From Candidatus Poribacteria bacterium (GTDB lineage Bacteria > Poribacteria > WGA-4E > PCPOR2b), in the NCBI GenBank assembly GCA_965198175.1, contig OZ240245.1, positions 2,336,001 through 2,400,000 of the forward strand: a stretch of DNA of 64,000 bases. Reading direction: 5' to 3'. Below are positions 10,895 to 21,877 of this stretch, piece after piece. Below the pieces are notes generated by a model, which did not search any database, was not told where the DNA came from, and saw only the letters and a program-made list of their open reading frames with translations. Position numbers and translations under genes: made by a program. Numbering within the stretch: the stretch's first letter is position 1; each line of letters opens with the position of its first letter.

Positions 10895-12313
10895 TTACCA
10901 CCACCCGAGTATCTTCCACCAGATCATACCGACACTCAACCAGATAGCCAGATGAAAGAGTGACACCAAAAATCCGACGGCGAACCATTTATGCTGGGAT
11001 ACATAACCCAGTCCAAAATAGATGATTAGAGGACCGGTGGAATAATTCGTTAAACATCCACATAAGTTAGAGAAATAGGCAAGTATCGCAACGGTTAGCA
11101 TCGCGGGCGCACCAACCCCCAAAGCTACCGCAAAAAAGGCGGCGACCATAGCAGCAATATGCGCGGTCAACATAGAAAAAAAGTACATCGAATAAAAGTA
11201 AATTAGTGCGAGGCTGATAATGACAGTTATACCAGTTAAGTCGTTTACCAAGAACTGCATCTTGTTAGCGAACCAATTGATGAATCCATGCGTCTTGAGA
11301 CTGTTCGCCATTGTCAACAGGCCGCCGAGCCATATCAGCGTATCCCATGCCTTGTCATTCCCCGTGATGTCCTCCCACTTCTCAGTTCGGGTTAGCAGTA
11401 ACAGACACACTCCTATCCACGCCACCAGCGTTGTGCTCATACCGTGTAAGGCTTTTGTAGCCCACATCCCTATGAGTATGATGAAGACCGCACCCATTAC
11501 TTTCTCGCCCGATGTCCAAGGTCCCATCTTCCGAAGTTCGTCTTGTGCTTTTTCTTGAGCGACATGTGTGTCCTTCAGCGTGGGTTTTGCGAGGAAATAA
11601 ATTAGTAGTGGGAGCAAACTCAAGCCGATGAGTCCTGGAACGATTGCGCCGAGTGCCCACGTTCCCCAACCGAAGTCGATGTCAAGCACATCGCTTGCGG
11701 CTTTCTTGACCAGAGGATTTGCAGCCATTCCGGTCAGGAACATCGCCGCCGCAATTAAATTGGCATGGGCGCCGACCAGCGTCAAATACTCCCCAGCTCG
11801 CTTGGGTTCTCTATCTGGACGGGAGTCCAGCGCCTCCGCTAAGGAACGCATAATCGGCGCCAAAACTCCTCCACCTCGAGCGGTGTTAGAGGGTATCACC
11901 GGTCCCAGCAGCACTTCCGCGCCACACAGAGAATAGCCCAGTCCCAAGATCGATTTTCCAAGCCAACTAACGAGGGTCAGAGCCAATCGGCGACCGAATC
12001 CAGTGTGCACGACGCCACCGGCAATCAGAAACGCGGCGACGACTAACCAAACTGTGCTGTCTGCGTATCCGGCAAGTGCTTCGGAAATCGTAAGGGTCTT
12101 ACTCACCAATAGTGCAACCAATCCAAACAAGACCATAGGTCCGCTCGGATAAGGCCGTAAGATGAAACTGACAATCACAGTGATAAACACTGAAAAGATT
12201 TGCCAGCCTTTGGGTTCTAATCCCTGCGGAACTGGAACCGTCCACAGTGTAAGTAGTAAGAGAACACAGACACCAAGTCTAAGAATACTACGCTTCTGCG
12301 TGTTTTCTGCCAT
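10895..12313 (-). CDS. DASS family anion transporter (2-oxoglutarate/malate translocator-like)
   Basis: PSNTARGGG, MFLTGMAANPL, AWDTLIWLGGL, FSMLTAHI and C-terminal WWKILGWW. Confidence 0.9.
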   Translation of the reverse strand: MAENTQKRSILRLGVCVLLLLTLWTVPVPQGLEPKGWQIFSVFITVIVSFILRPYPSGPMVLFGLVALLVSKTLTISEALAGYADSTVWLVVAAFLIAGGVVHTGFGRRLALTLVSWLGKSILGLGYSLCGAEVLLGPVIPSNTARGGGVLAPIMRSLAEALDSRPDREPKRAGEYLTLVGAHANLIAAAMFLTGMAANPLVKKAASDVLDIDFGWGTWALGAIVPGLIGLSLLPLLIYFLAKPTLKDTHVAQEKAQDELRKMGPWTSGEKVMGAVFIILIGMWATKALHGMSTTLVAWIGVCLLLLTRTEKWEDITGNDKAWDTLIWLGGLLTMANSLKTHGFINWFANKMQFLVNDLTGITVIISLALIYFYSMYFFSMLTAHIAAMVAAFFAVALGVGAPAMLTVAILAYFSNLCGCLTNYSTGPLIIYFGLGYVSQHKWFAVGFLVSLFHLAIWLSVGMIWWKILGWW

Positions 12314-12366
12314 AGACTAATTCCTCTAACTCTGAAGTTGAGATGCAGCGTCAAAAAACTTTTTCG

Positions 12367-13545
12367 TTACAGACATTCAAAAACTCCTGCTGCCCCCATT
12401 CCGCCACCGACACACATCGTCACCATGCCATAACGTGCATCTCGGCGTCGCATTTCGTTTATCAGCGTTACTGTTAGTTTCGCACCAGTACAACCGAGGG
12501 GATGCCCCAAAGCAATGGCACTTCCATTGACGTTGACCTTTTCAACTGGAAGATTGAGCTCGCCAATCACAGCAAGCGCCTGTGCCGCAAACGCCTCGTT
12601 CAGTTCAATAAGGTCAATGTTGTCGAGGGTAAGTCCAGTGCGTTTCAAAGCTTTTGGAATAGCGGCAACCGGCCCAATTCCCATGATTTCCGGCGGGACG
12701 CCACCGGTTGCAAAGCCGACAAATCGCGCCATCGGTTCGCAGTCAAGTTCCATCGCTTTCTCCGCAGACATAATAACGACCGCCGCTGCGCCATCGCTCA
12801 TCTGAGATGAATTTCCAGCAGTGACGGTGCCGTCTGTCCGAAAGACAGGCTTGAGTTTTGCCAGTGCCAAAATCGAAGTGTCTCGCCGCGCTCCTTCATC
12901 AAGATCAAATACAGATGTCTTCGCCTTTGGCCGACCATTTTCACTAAAATGTGTCTCCGTCACGGTGACAGGTACGATTTCATCCTTGAACCTGCCTGAT
13001 TCGATTGCATCAATCGCCTTCTGATGGCTACGCAACGAAAACGCATCCTGGGCTTCGCGGGAGACATGGTACTTACGCACTAGATTTTCGGCAGTCAACC
13101 CCATGCTCAGATAGACATCGGGATAATGCTCAACGAGGAATGGGTTCGGTGCAGATGTTGTGTCGTATGAAACGAAACTCATGCTTTCCGTTCCACCCGC
13201 CACAATCACGTCTGCAGAGCCGCACATAATGCGTTCTGCCCCGATGGCGATTGTCTGCAAACCCGACGCACAAAAACGGTTCACGGTCATCGCAGAAACA
13301 GAAGTCGGCAATCCTGCGCATACGCTGGCGATTCGTGCTACATTCATCCCCTGTGGTCCCTCAGGCATCGCGCAACCGATAATTACGTCGTCAATCTCCT
13401 CCGGATCGAGGTTCGGCACACGATTGATGGCGCCTTTGATGGCGGATGCGGCGAGATCGTCCGGGCGGGTGTTTTTCAGCGAACCTCGTTTTGCTTTTCC
13501 AACGGCTGTCCGTGCCCCTGATACAATCACTGCGGTTTTCATCAT
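12367..13545 (-). CDS. fadA: Acetyl-CoA C-acyltransferase (3-ketoacyl-CoA thiolase)
   Basis: NRFCASG, NEAFA, ALGHPLG and MCVGGGMG catalytic motifs. Confidence 0.92.
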   Translation of the reverse strand: MMKTAVIVSGARTAVGKAKRGSLKNTRPDDLAASAIKGAINRVPNLDPEEIDDVIIGCAMPEGPQGMNVARIASVCAGLPTSVSAMTVNRFCASGLQTIAIGAERIMCGSADVIVAGGTESMSFVSYDTTSAPNPFLVEHYPDVYLSMGLTAENLVRKYHVSREAQDAFSLRSHQKAIDAIESGRFKDEIVPVTVTETHFSENGRPKAKTSVFDLDEGARRDTSILALAKLKPVFRTDGTVTAGNSSQMSDGAAAVVIMSAEKAMELDCEPMARFVGFATGGVPPEIMGIGPVAAIPKALKRTGLTLDNIDLIELNEAFAAQALAVIGELNLPVEKVNVNGSAIALGHPLGCTGAKLTVTLINEMRRRDARYGMVTMCVGGGMGAAGVFECL

Positions 13546-13725
13546 ACGCTCCTAACGGTTCATTTCGCAATTGAGGTTGTGGAGATATTTGAAATATGGT
13601 AGGTAATAATCAAAGTTATCACAACCGGCATTTTCATCATGTAACCTCAGATACGATACCAGTCTGCTGCTAAACTATCGTAAACAACCTCAGAAATATT
13701 GTAGAATTCTCAGATCTCCTACGTC

Positions 13726-16179
13726 TCAGTTCCGCAGCGATTTCCCTGTCTTGAGGGTATGCTCAATCCGATTCTGTGTCTTCTCTTCACCGCAAAGGCT
13801 AAGAAACGCATCCCGCTCAAGGTCGAGAATATACGACTCAGATACATACTGCGGCGCGGAAAGTTCACTGCCGCAGAGAACATAGGCGAGCTTATTCAGA
13901 ACAAAGGCGTCATACTCGCTGATATATTCAGCGCAACGCATGTGATGTATCTCTAGCTTGAGCTGTGCGAGCCCGGCTCTACCGGTTACGAACACCTCTC
14001 TCGACTGCGGTTGCTGATAGCCGCCTGCGGCGACGGAAAGTACCATCTGTTTTGCATTGTAAAGGTGATGCCTCCGGTTGATCGAAATGTAGTCTGTGTT
14101 ACGAAGATACCCCAGTTGTCTCGCGTGTAAGCCACTCTCGGACACCTTTGAGCGAGTGATTGTCTCAAAAGGGCGCTTGACATAGGGAAATGCCTCCTTA
14201 TTCACATCATGCGACACGTTTTCTAGCGAGCGGAGGATCATCTCTTTTGTACCGCCCGCACCTGGGATGAGTCCAACACGAACCTCGACCAAACCTATAT
14301 AAGTTTCAGCGGCTGCACAAACCGCATCCGCACTGAGTGCAATCTCACAGCCGCCTCCGAACGTCATACCCGATGGGGCGGAAACGACCGGTTTCGGCGA
14401 ATACCGCAGCGACATATTTGCCATCTGGAAGGATTGAATGATTTCGTCGATCGCGTCCCACTCTTTGTTCCGCGCCTTTTCAAGAATCAAGACGAGATTG
14501 AGCCCCACCGAGAAGTTGTCACTGTGGTTACCGATGATGAGTCCGATATAATCCCGTTCCACTTTGTCAATGGCTTCGAGCATCATCTCGATCGTGGGAG
14601 TATTGATGATGTTCATCTTGCTATGGAACTCAAGGCAAGCTACGCCATCTCCAATATCAACGAAGCTTGCGTCAGGATTGGATTGCACAACTTTATCGTT
14701 CGTTTTGAGGTCGGAGAGAACGATAACCTCTGGGAGGGTATCAATTGTGTGATAGCTATTTGACCCGAGGTCGAAGTAGGCAATTTTGGTGTGCGTTTCC
14801 CCTGCTTTCCCTGTGCTGTAAAATGAGGTATTTCCCGAATCAAGTAAATTTGCGACAAGAGGCGGGATAGAATTGCCATCGGATAGCATTCGTTCAACGG
14901 ATTCCGGCACCCCTATTGCATCCCACATTTCAAAGATGCCAAGCTCCCAATTGAATCCCCATTTCATGGCATTGTCGACGCTCGCCAAATCATCGGCGAT
15001 TTCAGGGATGCATGTTGCCGCGTAGTTCATAATGTTGCTGACGCTTTTCCACATAAACCGCCCTTCACGATCGCCGTTGTATACAAGGTCCTTGATTCGT
15101 GCCCCCGTATCTCTAATACGCTTCGCTGTATTGAGCGAATTGAATTGGATACTTGCACGCGGTACATATTCAAGCGTGTTATAGTCGAGCGTCCAGATTT
15201 CAGTGCCTTTTTCACCGGAGCACCTTTGATAAAACCCCTGCCCTGTTTTATCACCAAGCCAGTTTCTCTCGACCATCTGCAAAATGAAATCAGGCATGCG
15301 GAAAGTCGCACGCCGTTCATCGTCGGGCGCGGCTTCGTAAAGGTTCTTTGCCATATCTACGAGAATATCAACCCCAATGAGATCGCCCAGCCGGAAGGTG
15401 GCGCTTCGTGGGCGTCCCATCAGTGGTCCTGTGATCGCATCAATCTCATCAATCGCGTACTCCTCTTCGAGCATCAGATGGATAGTGTGCATCATCGCAA
15501 AAGTTCCAATCCGGTTGGCGATGAAGTTGGGCGTATCTTTACAATGCACGACCCCTTTACCGAGAATCCGCTCTCCGAAATCGGAGATGAATTCAACCAG
15601 ATTCGTTCGAGTGTCATCCGTTGGAATAATCTCAAGCAGGTGCATATAGCGGGGCGGATTGAAGAAATGTGTGCCTAGGAAGCATTCCTGATAGTTGCCT
15701 GAACGCCCTTCAGAGATGGCACGGATGGAGATTCCCGATGTGTTAGAACTTACAAGTGTGTCATGACTGCGATGCCGATCGATTAATCCGTGAACCTGTC
15801 TTTTGACATCAAGATCCTCGGTGACTGCTTCGATGATCCAGTCCGCTTCAGTTAGCCAGTCGGCACGATCGCTCAGGTTTCCTGCCCGAATTAGTCGCGC
15901 TGAGTCGCGAATATAGAACGGCGAACGGATTTTCGCGTTTTTCATCCGATCCAGAGCGGATTCCGCGATTCGATTCCGCTCAACAGCGCTATCGCGACTC
16001 ATGTTATTCCCGTATTCTTCGCTGGCTAGTTCGGTGGGCACAATATCCAGCAAATCGCACGGAATACCGACGTTGGCGATATGAGCGGCAATCTGCGCTC
16101 CCATTGTACCGGCGCCCACAACTGCAACTCTTTTGATTTTGCGATATTTGCGATATAATTCTTCCTGCATACTATTCAC
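13726..16179 (-). CDS. fadN: 3-hydroxyacyl-CoA dehydrogenase / enoyl-CoA hydratase (FadN-type)
   Basis: GAGTMGAQIA, SNTSG, HFFNPPRYM, KDTPNFIANRIG; C-terminal crotonase domain GGGCE...GLVE..VGLIP; adjacent to the thiolase. Confidence 0.88.
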   Translation of the reverse strand: MNSMQEELYRKYRKIKRVAVVGAGTMGAQIAAHIANVGIPCDLLDIVPTELASEEYGNNMSRDSAVERNRIAESALDRMKNAKIRSPFYIRDSARLIRAGNLSDRADWLTEADWIIEAVTEDLDVKRQVHGLIDRHRSHDTLVSSNTSGISIRAISEGRSGNYQECFLGTHFFNPPRYMHLLEIIPTDDTRTNLVEFISDFGERILGKGVVHCKDTPNFIANRIGTFAMMHTIHLMLEEEYAIDEIDAITGPLMGRPRSATFRLGDLIGVDILVDMAKNLYEAAPDDERRATFRMPDFILQMVERNWLGDKTGQGFYQRCSGEKGTEIWTLDYNTLEYVPRASIQFNSLNTAKRIRDTGARIKDLVYNGDREGRFMWKSVSNIMNYAATCIPEIADDLASVDNAMKWGFNWELGIFEMWDAIGVPESVERMLSDGNSIPPLVANLLDSGNTSFYSTGKAGETHTKIAYFDLGSNSYHTIDTLPEVIVLSDLKTNDKVVQSNPDASFVDIGDGVACLEFHSKMNIINTPTIEMMLEAIDKVERDYIGLIIGNHSDNFSVGLNLVLILEKARNKEWDAIDEIIQSFQMANMSLRYSPKPVVSAPSGMTFGGGCEIALSADAVCAAAETYIGLVEVRVGLIPGAGGTKEMILRSLENVSHDVNKEAFPYVKRPFETITRSKVSESGLHARQLGYLRNTDYISINRRHHLYNAKQMVLSVAAGGYQQPQSREVFVTGRAGLAQLKLEIHHMRCAEYISEYDAFVLNKLAYVLCGSELSAPQYVSESYILDLERDAFLSLCGEEKTQNRIEHTLKTGKSLRN

Positions 16180-16181
16180 CT

Positions 16182-17726
16182 TTACCTTACTTCCCCATTA
16201 CCTTCTCTACTGAAGCGGGTGAGGACATCGCCAATCTTATCTTGCAAAGAACGGCGTATTTTGGCAGAGCCTTTGTAATTACTCATTAAAATAGCAAAAG
16301 CTAAAATTTCGCCATCTACAGTCATAGTATAGCCAGCGAGTGTCGAGATACCTCTCATTGTACCCGTTTTCGCCCGTAGAATCCCTTCTGCTTCTATGGC
16401 TTTCATCCGTCGTTTTAACGTCCCATCAACGCCTGCAATGGGCAAAGATGCAAGATATTCGGGCATCAGCGCAAAATCGCGAAACATGTAGGTTAGCAGA
16501 CTCGTCAAGGTCGAAGCCGTAACTAAATTGTATCGGGAAACGCCCGACCCATCCGCAAAAGTGTAACGCGAGCTATCCAACCCAATTTCGCTTAGAAATT
16601 CGTTAATCGTTAGTATCCCCTTTCGCGCTGTACCGGGAGCGCCTTTCAACTCCGCGCCAATCGTTTTTAGGAGAAGTTCCGCAGTTAAATTATCGCTCGA
16701 TTTGTTCATCTCCCAGAGAATGCGAGATAGCGGCATTGATACATGATTGGCTATTTCCATCGCCCCATCGGGCACTTCGCCATGACGTATCTCCCCCTGA
16801 AGTATGATGCCTTTCTGGGCAAGCATCTCATTCAATAAGGTTCCGCAATAAAGCGCAGGATCGACCACATCCACCCGTCGACTTACTTCAGCTTGACCGA
16901 TTTCCATCGAGCCACGGATGGTCAGCACATTCGCCTCCACGGGCTTCCACTGTCGTTTTATGTTCAACGTCGTCGCTTCTGAGGCGGCGGCGGTTGTCGC
17001 CTCATTGATAATTTTCATATACCGCGTCGGTGGTTCAAGATTCACATGAACTGAATCACCAACATTACGACTAGGCGACACACGGAGGTGAACACCGTTG
17101 TGATTGATGGTTAGCGCGCTCAGATGTGAGTAATATCCGCCTAAAGGCCCATCGTCCCACATCCATCCTTTACCCCGCCGGACATCGTCGAAATGGGTTT
17201 CATCTACAATAATATCGCCTCCGACAGATTTGACGCCCAACGCAACCAGTTTTTCTATCATCTTCTCTAGGTCGTCACTCCCAAATCTTGGGTCGCCTCT
17301 ACCCTTGAGGTAGAGATTTCCTGTGACACGACCATCCTCAACGCCATCCACATAAAATGCAGTATGGAAACGATAGTTTGGGCTTAGTTTGACAAGCGCT
17401 GTTGCAGCGGTAATCAGTTTCATTGTTGAAGCCGGATGATACAATTTATCGGCATCTTTCTCATACATCACTTCTCCGTTTGACAGCGAAACCACTTCTA
17501 GTCCGACATTTGAAGCGGCTAGCAGCCGGTCGCCCAGTATCGTTCCAATTTCACCTCGCAATAACTGAACGGTTTGTGATTGCGGTTCGATCGGTGTTGG
17601 CGAGGAAATCGTCCCACAACTGTTCAGAACAGTCAAACAGAATAAAAAAAATAGCCATGGACAGAATCTACCAACACTCGATAGATTTTGATAGATGCCA
17701 CGCATTATCCAGATTTTGTTCGACAT
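16182..17726 (-). CDS. dacB: D-alanyl-D-alanine carboxypeptidase/endopeptidase (PBP4, peptidase S13), probable lipoprotein
   Basis: PASTMK (SxxK), SDN, DGSG and AKTG motifs; lipobox-like LNSC. Start trimmed from 17918 to ATG 17726 (uncertain). Confidence 0.88.
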   Translation of the reverse strand: MSNKIWIMRGIYQNLSSVGRFCPWLFFLFCLTVLNSCGTISSPTPIEPQSQTVQLLRGEIGTILGDRLLAASNVGLEVVSLSNGEVMYEKDADKLYHPASTMKLITAATALVKLSPNYRFHTAFYVDGVEDGRVTGNLYLKGRGDPRFGSDDLEKMIEKLVALGVKSVGGDIIVDETHFDDVRRGKGWMWDDGPLGGYYSHLSALTINHNGVHLRVSPSRNVGDSVHVNLEPPTRYMKIINEATTAAASEATTLNIKRQWKPVEANVLTIRGSMEIGQAEVSRRVDVVDPALYCGTLLNEMLAQKGIILQGEIRHGEVPDGAMEIANHVSMPLSRILWEMNKSSDNLTAELLLKTIGAELKGAPGTARKGILTINEFLSEIGLDSSRYTFADGSGVSRYNLVTASTLTSLLTYMFRDFALMPEYLASLPIAGVDGTLKRRMKAIEAEGILRAKTGTMRGISTLAGYTMTVDGEILAFAILMSNYKGSAKIRRSLQDKIGDVLTRFSREGNGEVR

Positions 17727-17960
17727 GCCAATCGTCCGTTCTTGTAGATGAATTCGACGAAGGATTTTCTCACATAAGCGGCATGAAGTCAAGATCTTTT
17801 TCAGCAGAGACAGTCCGTATTTTAACTGCGCGGCAATATATGTTACAATAGAACAAACACTATTCAGGTCATCCGCACAAGCCCTATTTTCGATGGGATT
17901 GAGACTTTTGACTCCCAAAGCGGCATAAGTCGAACTATACCATTAAGGAGAAAACCACAT

Positions 17961-19022
17961 ATGGCGAAACCATTAAACGTTGGCATCATTGGCGTCGGAG
18001 GCATCGCCCGTACCCATATCCCGGGCTGGAACGCCTCGCCGCACGCTGAATTGGTTGCTGGCTGTGATATTAGAGAAGATATCGTTAAGCAGTGGGGAGA
18101 AACAAACCGCATCAATAAACTCGAGACCGACCCAACAGACCTCTTCAACGATGCGGATATTGATATCATTGATGTCTGCACACCGAACATGTATCATGCA
18201 CCGCTGGCAATTGCTGCGCTCGAAGCGGGTAAGCACGTCATCTGCGAAAAACCGTTGGCGCCGATTCCACAGGACATCTGCAATATGATTGCAGCCCGTG
18301 ACAAGTCCGGAAAGATGCTCATGACGGCGCAGCATTTCCGTTTTCAACCTAACTCTAAAGCCATGAAAGCCGAAATTGATAGAGGTGTGCTCGGTGAAGT
18401 ATACCACGCACGTAGTTGGATGCTACGCCGCAACGGGTTTTCACCGGGACCAGGATTTGTCCTCAAGAAAAACAGCGGTGGTGGACCGTGCATTGACATA
18501 GGCGTTCACATCTTAGATTTAACCCTCTGGTTCATGGGGAATCCGCAGCCGGTCGCGGTGACGGGGGTTGCACGAGCAGAGTTAGCGCATCGGACGGGTG
18601 CGTTCTGCGCATGGGGCGGCGAAATACCGAAGGAATTCGATGTCGAAGATTTTGCGGCGGCATTTGTCCGATTTGAGAACGGCGCCACCCTCATCTTGGA
18701 GGTGAGTTGGCTGCTCCATCACGATATTCGCGGTGAGGACATGCAGATGTGGCTCTACGGAACGACCGCGGGCGCACATTGGCCCAAATGCGAGTTCCTT
18801 GAGAGCAATTCTGAGACGAAGCAGCACTACAATCGAACCCTACAACTTTTCCCGAACCTCATGGAGCCGCACGCTCAGGAATGCGTCGAGTTTGCTCAGG
18901 CAATCGTCAATGACGCGCCCTCGCCCGTGCCCCCCGAACAATCGCTGCAAGTGATCCGTATTCTGGACGGTATTTACCGAAGCCAAGAACAGGGCGGGGA
19001 AATTCGAGTCGATGGGACGTAA
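17961..19022 (+). CDS. Gfo/Idh/MocA family oxidoreductase
   Basis: GIIGVGGIA, AGKHVICEKP and GGGPCIDIGVH; SD AGGAG. Confidence 0.9.
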   Translation: MAKPLNVGIIGVGGIARTHIPGWNASPHAELVAGCDIREDIVKQWGETNRINKLETDPTDLFNDADIDIIDVCTPNMYHAPLAIAALEAGKHVICEKPLAPIPQDICNMIAARDKSGKMLMTAQHFRFQPNSKAMKAEIDRGVLGEVYHARSWMLRRNGFSPGPGFVLKKNSGGGPCIDIGVHILDLTLWFMGNPQPVAVTGVARAELAHRTGAFCAWGGEIPKEFDVEDFAAAFVRFENGATLILEVSWLLHHDIRGEDMQMWLYGTTAGAHWPKCEFLESNSETKQHYNRTLQLFPNLMEPHAQECVEFAQAIVNDAPSPVPPEQSLQVIRILDGIYRSQEQGGEIRVDGT

Positions 19023-19069
19023 TGCGATTTGCGTCATACTGTTCTACGATTCCCCGCATCCTCTTATCG

Positions 19070-20263
19070 TCAAACGACTTCGTCTTGCCGCAGCTCCGCA
19101 ATAGCGTTGTCATCTAATACAAGCACTTCTTTGAGAATCTCGTCGGTGTGCTGACCCAAGGTCGGCGGCGGCTGGCGCATTTGTGCTGGCGTCGTTGAGA
19201 GAACCAACGGCGAGCCAGCGAGTTTCACGCTCCCGGCGGTTGGGTGTGGCATCTCTACCAGCATCCCCCGTGCGAGCGCCTGCGGGTCGGCGAAGACTTT
19301 GTCAAGTGTGTTGACTGGTCCGGCAGGTACGTCGGCGTCCGCACAGAGTTGCAGCCATTCGGCGACTGTCTTCTGGCTAAACAAGTTCTCTAACGTGGGA
19401 ATCAACACGTCACGGTGCGCGACGCGATCTGGATTGGTTGCAAAGCGTGCATCCTGCGCCCATGCACCTACGCCCGCTGTCTCGCAGAACCGCCGCCATT
19501 GCCCGTCGTTGCCAATAGCTAAGATTAAGAAATCGTCTGCCGCCTGAAATGCCTGATACGGAACGATGCTGGCGTGTGCGTTTCCCCATCGCTGCGGCAC
19601 CTCGCCCGAACAGAGATAACCGCTACCGACGTTCGCTAGCAGAGCGATCTGCGAATCGAGCAACGATATATCAAGATGCTGCCCGTCACCGTTGCGTTCA
19701 CGGGTGTACAGCGCGGCGAGAATCGCATTGCACGCAAACAGGGCGGCAGCGACATCGACGATCGCAACCCCGACTTTCATGGGTGTGCCATTCTTATCGC
19801 CGGTGATGGACATAAACCCGCCCCGCCCTTGAATTAGAGAGTCGTATCCGGCTAATTCACGGTCGGGTCCCGTGTGCCCGAAACCGCTAATCGAGCAGTA
19901 AATCAGGCGAGGATTAGACCCCTTGAGTTCGGTATAACTTAAGCCGAGTTGGGCAGCGCCGCCGATTCGAAAGTTCTCGATCAATACATCGCTGTTTCGC
20001 GCCAATTCCTGTGCAATAGCGGCGCCCCGTTTGCACTTGAGATTGAGGGTGATGCTTTTCTTATTACGGTTACAGCAGAGGTAATATGCCGACTCACCAC
20101 CGACAAACGGCGGTCCCCAGTGCCGAGTTTCGTCGCCGATGCCGGGACGCTCGACTTTGATGACCTCGGCGCCCAAATCGCCCAACATCATGCCACAATA
20201 GGGACCGGCTAAATGCCGAGACAAATCTAGCACGCGCACCCCATTCAGTGCACCTGCCATCAT
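19070..20263 (-). CDS. CaiB/BaiF family (class III) CoA-transferase
   Basis: LDLSRHLAGP, LGAEVIKVE, NRNKKS, ENFR, GYD and PPTLGQHT. Confidence 0.9.
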   Translation of the reverse strand: MMAGALNGVRVLDLSRHLAGPYCGMMLGDLGAEVIKVERPGIGDETRHWGPPFVGGESAYYLCCNRNKKSITLNLKCKRGAAIAQELARNSDVLIENFRIGGAAQLGLSYTELKGSNPRLIYCSISGFGHTGPDRELAGYDSLIQGRGGFMSITGDKNGTPMKVGVAIVDVAAALFACNAILAALYTRERNGDGQHLDISLLDSQIALLANVGSGYLCSGEVPQRWGNAHASIVPYQAFQAADDFLILAIGNDGQWRRFCETAGVGAWAQDARFATNPDRVAHRDVLIPTLENLFSQKTVAEWLQLCADADVPAGPVNTLDKVFADPQALARGMLVEMPHPTAGSVKLAGSPLVLSTTPAQMRQPPPTLGQHTDEILKEVLVLDDNAIAELRQDEVV

Positions 20264-21474
20264 GCATCCTCCTCAAACGGATAGGGCGGCAGCTCTTGGG
20301 TCAATCGTTTGTCAGTTCGGTATCCCAGCGTATATTCTGCTTGCATCAATTGGTGGATTTCCTGCGTTCCTTCATAGATTAGCGCTCCACGAGCGTTGCG
20401 AAAGTAGCGTTCGACGGGGTACTCGTCGTTATAACCGTGTGCCCCATGGATTTGCACAGCGTCGTCCGCCGCTCGGAAGGCGTTCTGGCAGTTTACCCAC
20501 TTAGCAAGGCTAGCCTCACGCGTACAGCGCATCCCTCGGTTTTTCAACCAGCCAATTTGATAGTAAAGCAGCCGCCCGATGTCTCGCCCAGCGACCATAT
20601 TGGCGATTTTTTGCTGGATGAGTTGGTGTTTGCCAATTGGCTCGCCGAAGGTCGCCCGCTTCTTAACGTAGGCTGAGCTCGCTTCAAGGCACGCCTCTAT
20701 CAAACCGACCGCGCCCGAGGCAACTGTGTAACGACCGCTGTCCAATGCACTCATGGCGATTTTAAAGCCTTCGCCCTCTTCACCCACCCGATTGACCGCG
20801 GGTACACGCACCTCTCGCAGGACGATTCCCCCAGTGGCACCGCTGCGTCCGCCCAATTTGTTCTCTATGCTAGAGGTACTCACGCCCTCGAAGTCCCGCT
20901 CGACAATAAATGCCGAAATGCCGCGATGCTTGGCTGAACAATTGGTGTAAGCGAAAACCAGAAACTGGTCAGCGACGTCGGCAAAGCCTATCCAAGTCTT
21001 ATCGCCGTTGAGGACGTAAGTATCGCCGTCACGCCGCGCAGTGGTGCGAATGCTTGCAACATCACTGCCTGCGCCCGGCTCGGTCAATGCAAATGCCGCC
21101 AATTTTTCGCCGCGTGCCTGCGGGGCGAGATACTTACGCTTTTGCGATTCGCTGCCCCACTGAAACAACGCCAGCGAGTTGAGTCCAAGATGCACAGAAA
21201 TCATTACACGAAACGCACTGTCTGCACGCTCCAGTTCTTCAGAGACGATTCCGAGGCTCAGATAATCCAACCCTAACCCACCGTAGCGTCGCGGGATACA
21301 GACGCCTAACAAGCCCTCTGCCGCCATCTTCGGTAAGATGCTTCGCGGAAAGTGGTGCGCACGGTCCCAATCGCGCACAAACGGCAGAATCTCACGGGCA
21401 CAGAACTCGCGCGTCGTCTTGCGGATGGCGTCGTGTTCCGAGGTCAATGTGAAGTCCACAATATCTATCTCCAA
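20260..21474 (-). CDS. Acyl-CoA dehydrogenase
   Basis: FALTEPGAGSD, QIHGAHGY and IYEGTQEI; overlaps the CoA-transferase start (ATGA). Confidence 0.9.
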   Translation of the reverse strand: MEIDIVDFTLTSEHDAIRKTTREFCAREILPFVRDWDRAHHFPRSILPKMAAEGLLGVCIPRRYGGLGLDYLSLGIVSEELERADSAFRVMISVHLGLNSLALFQWGSESQKRKYLAPQARGEKLAAFALTEPGAGSDVASIRTTARRDGDTYVLNGDKTWIGFADVADQFLVFAYTNCSAKHRGISAFIVERDFEGVSTSSIENKLGGRSGATGGIVLREVRVPAVNRVGEEGEGFKIAMSALDSGRYTVASGAVGLIEACLEASSAYVKKRATFGEPIGKHQLIQQKIANMVAGRDIGRLLYYQIGWLKNRGMRCTREASLAKWVNCQNAFRAADDAVQIHGAHGYNDEYPVERYFRNARGALIYEGTQEIHQLMQAEYTLGYRTDKRLTQELPPYPFEEDA

Positions 21475-21556
21475 GTGCGAGAAGTCGTCTGTGAGTATGG
21501 GGAACAGTATATCAAATTCTAAATTATTGATAAATAGAAAAAATCAACATACACTC

Positions 21557-21584
21557 TTGACATAATCGGAAATTTGCGTATAAT
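21557..21584 (+). promoter_or_regulatory. Sigma70-type promoter
   Basis: TTGACA-16 nt-TATAAT upstream of the epimerase gene. Confidence 0.7.
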
Positions 21585-21606
21585 TGCATAAACGAAAATA
21601 ATTGAG

Positions 21607-21762
21607 TAGGACTTACGCAGTTCAGTTTGTAGTAGCGCAATTTGTTGCGCGTCCGGCAGGTCGTTCACTTCCTTTTACGTCACCTGACATATTGTTTTAT
21701 GTAGAAACGGGCAATAAATTGCCCTACTACGAACCTTTGGACGTTCAACTGTGTAACTCCTA
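21607..21762. mobile_element. 156-bp MITE with IS701-type ends containing an inverted GTAG-REP doublet
   Basis: Ends TAGGACTTACGCAGTT / AACTGTGTAACTCCTA, flanked by direct repeat ATTGAG. The ends match those of the IS at 60067-61157. Internal GTAGTAGCGCAATTTGTTGCGCGT (21629-21652) and its inverted copy (21707-21730). Confidence 0.8.
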
Positions 21763-21877
21763 ATTGAGGACAAAATGATGATGGTCATTATAAAGCCTTT
21801 CCAGGAGTGTATGTAGGTCGCTATTTGGAATCTTGGACCGCATTTACCTGCACATAGCGAAGAGGGGGAATGATACG

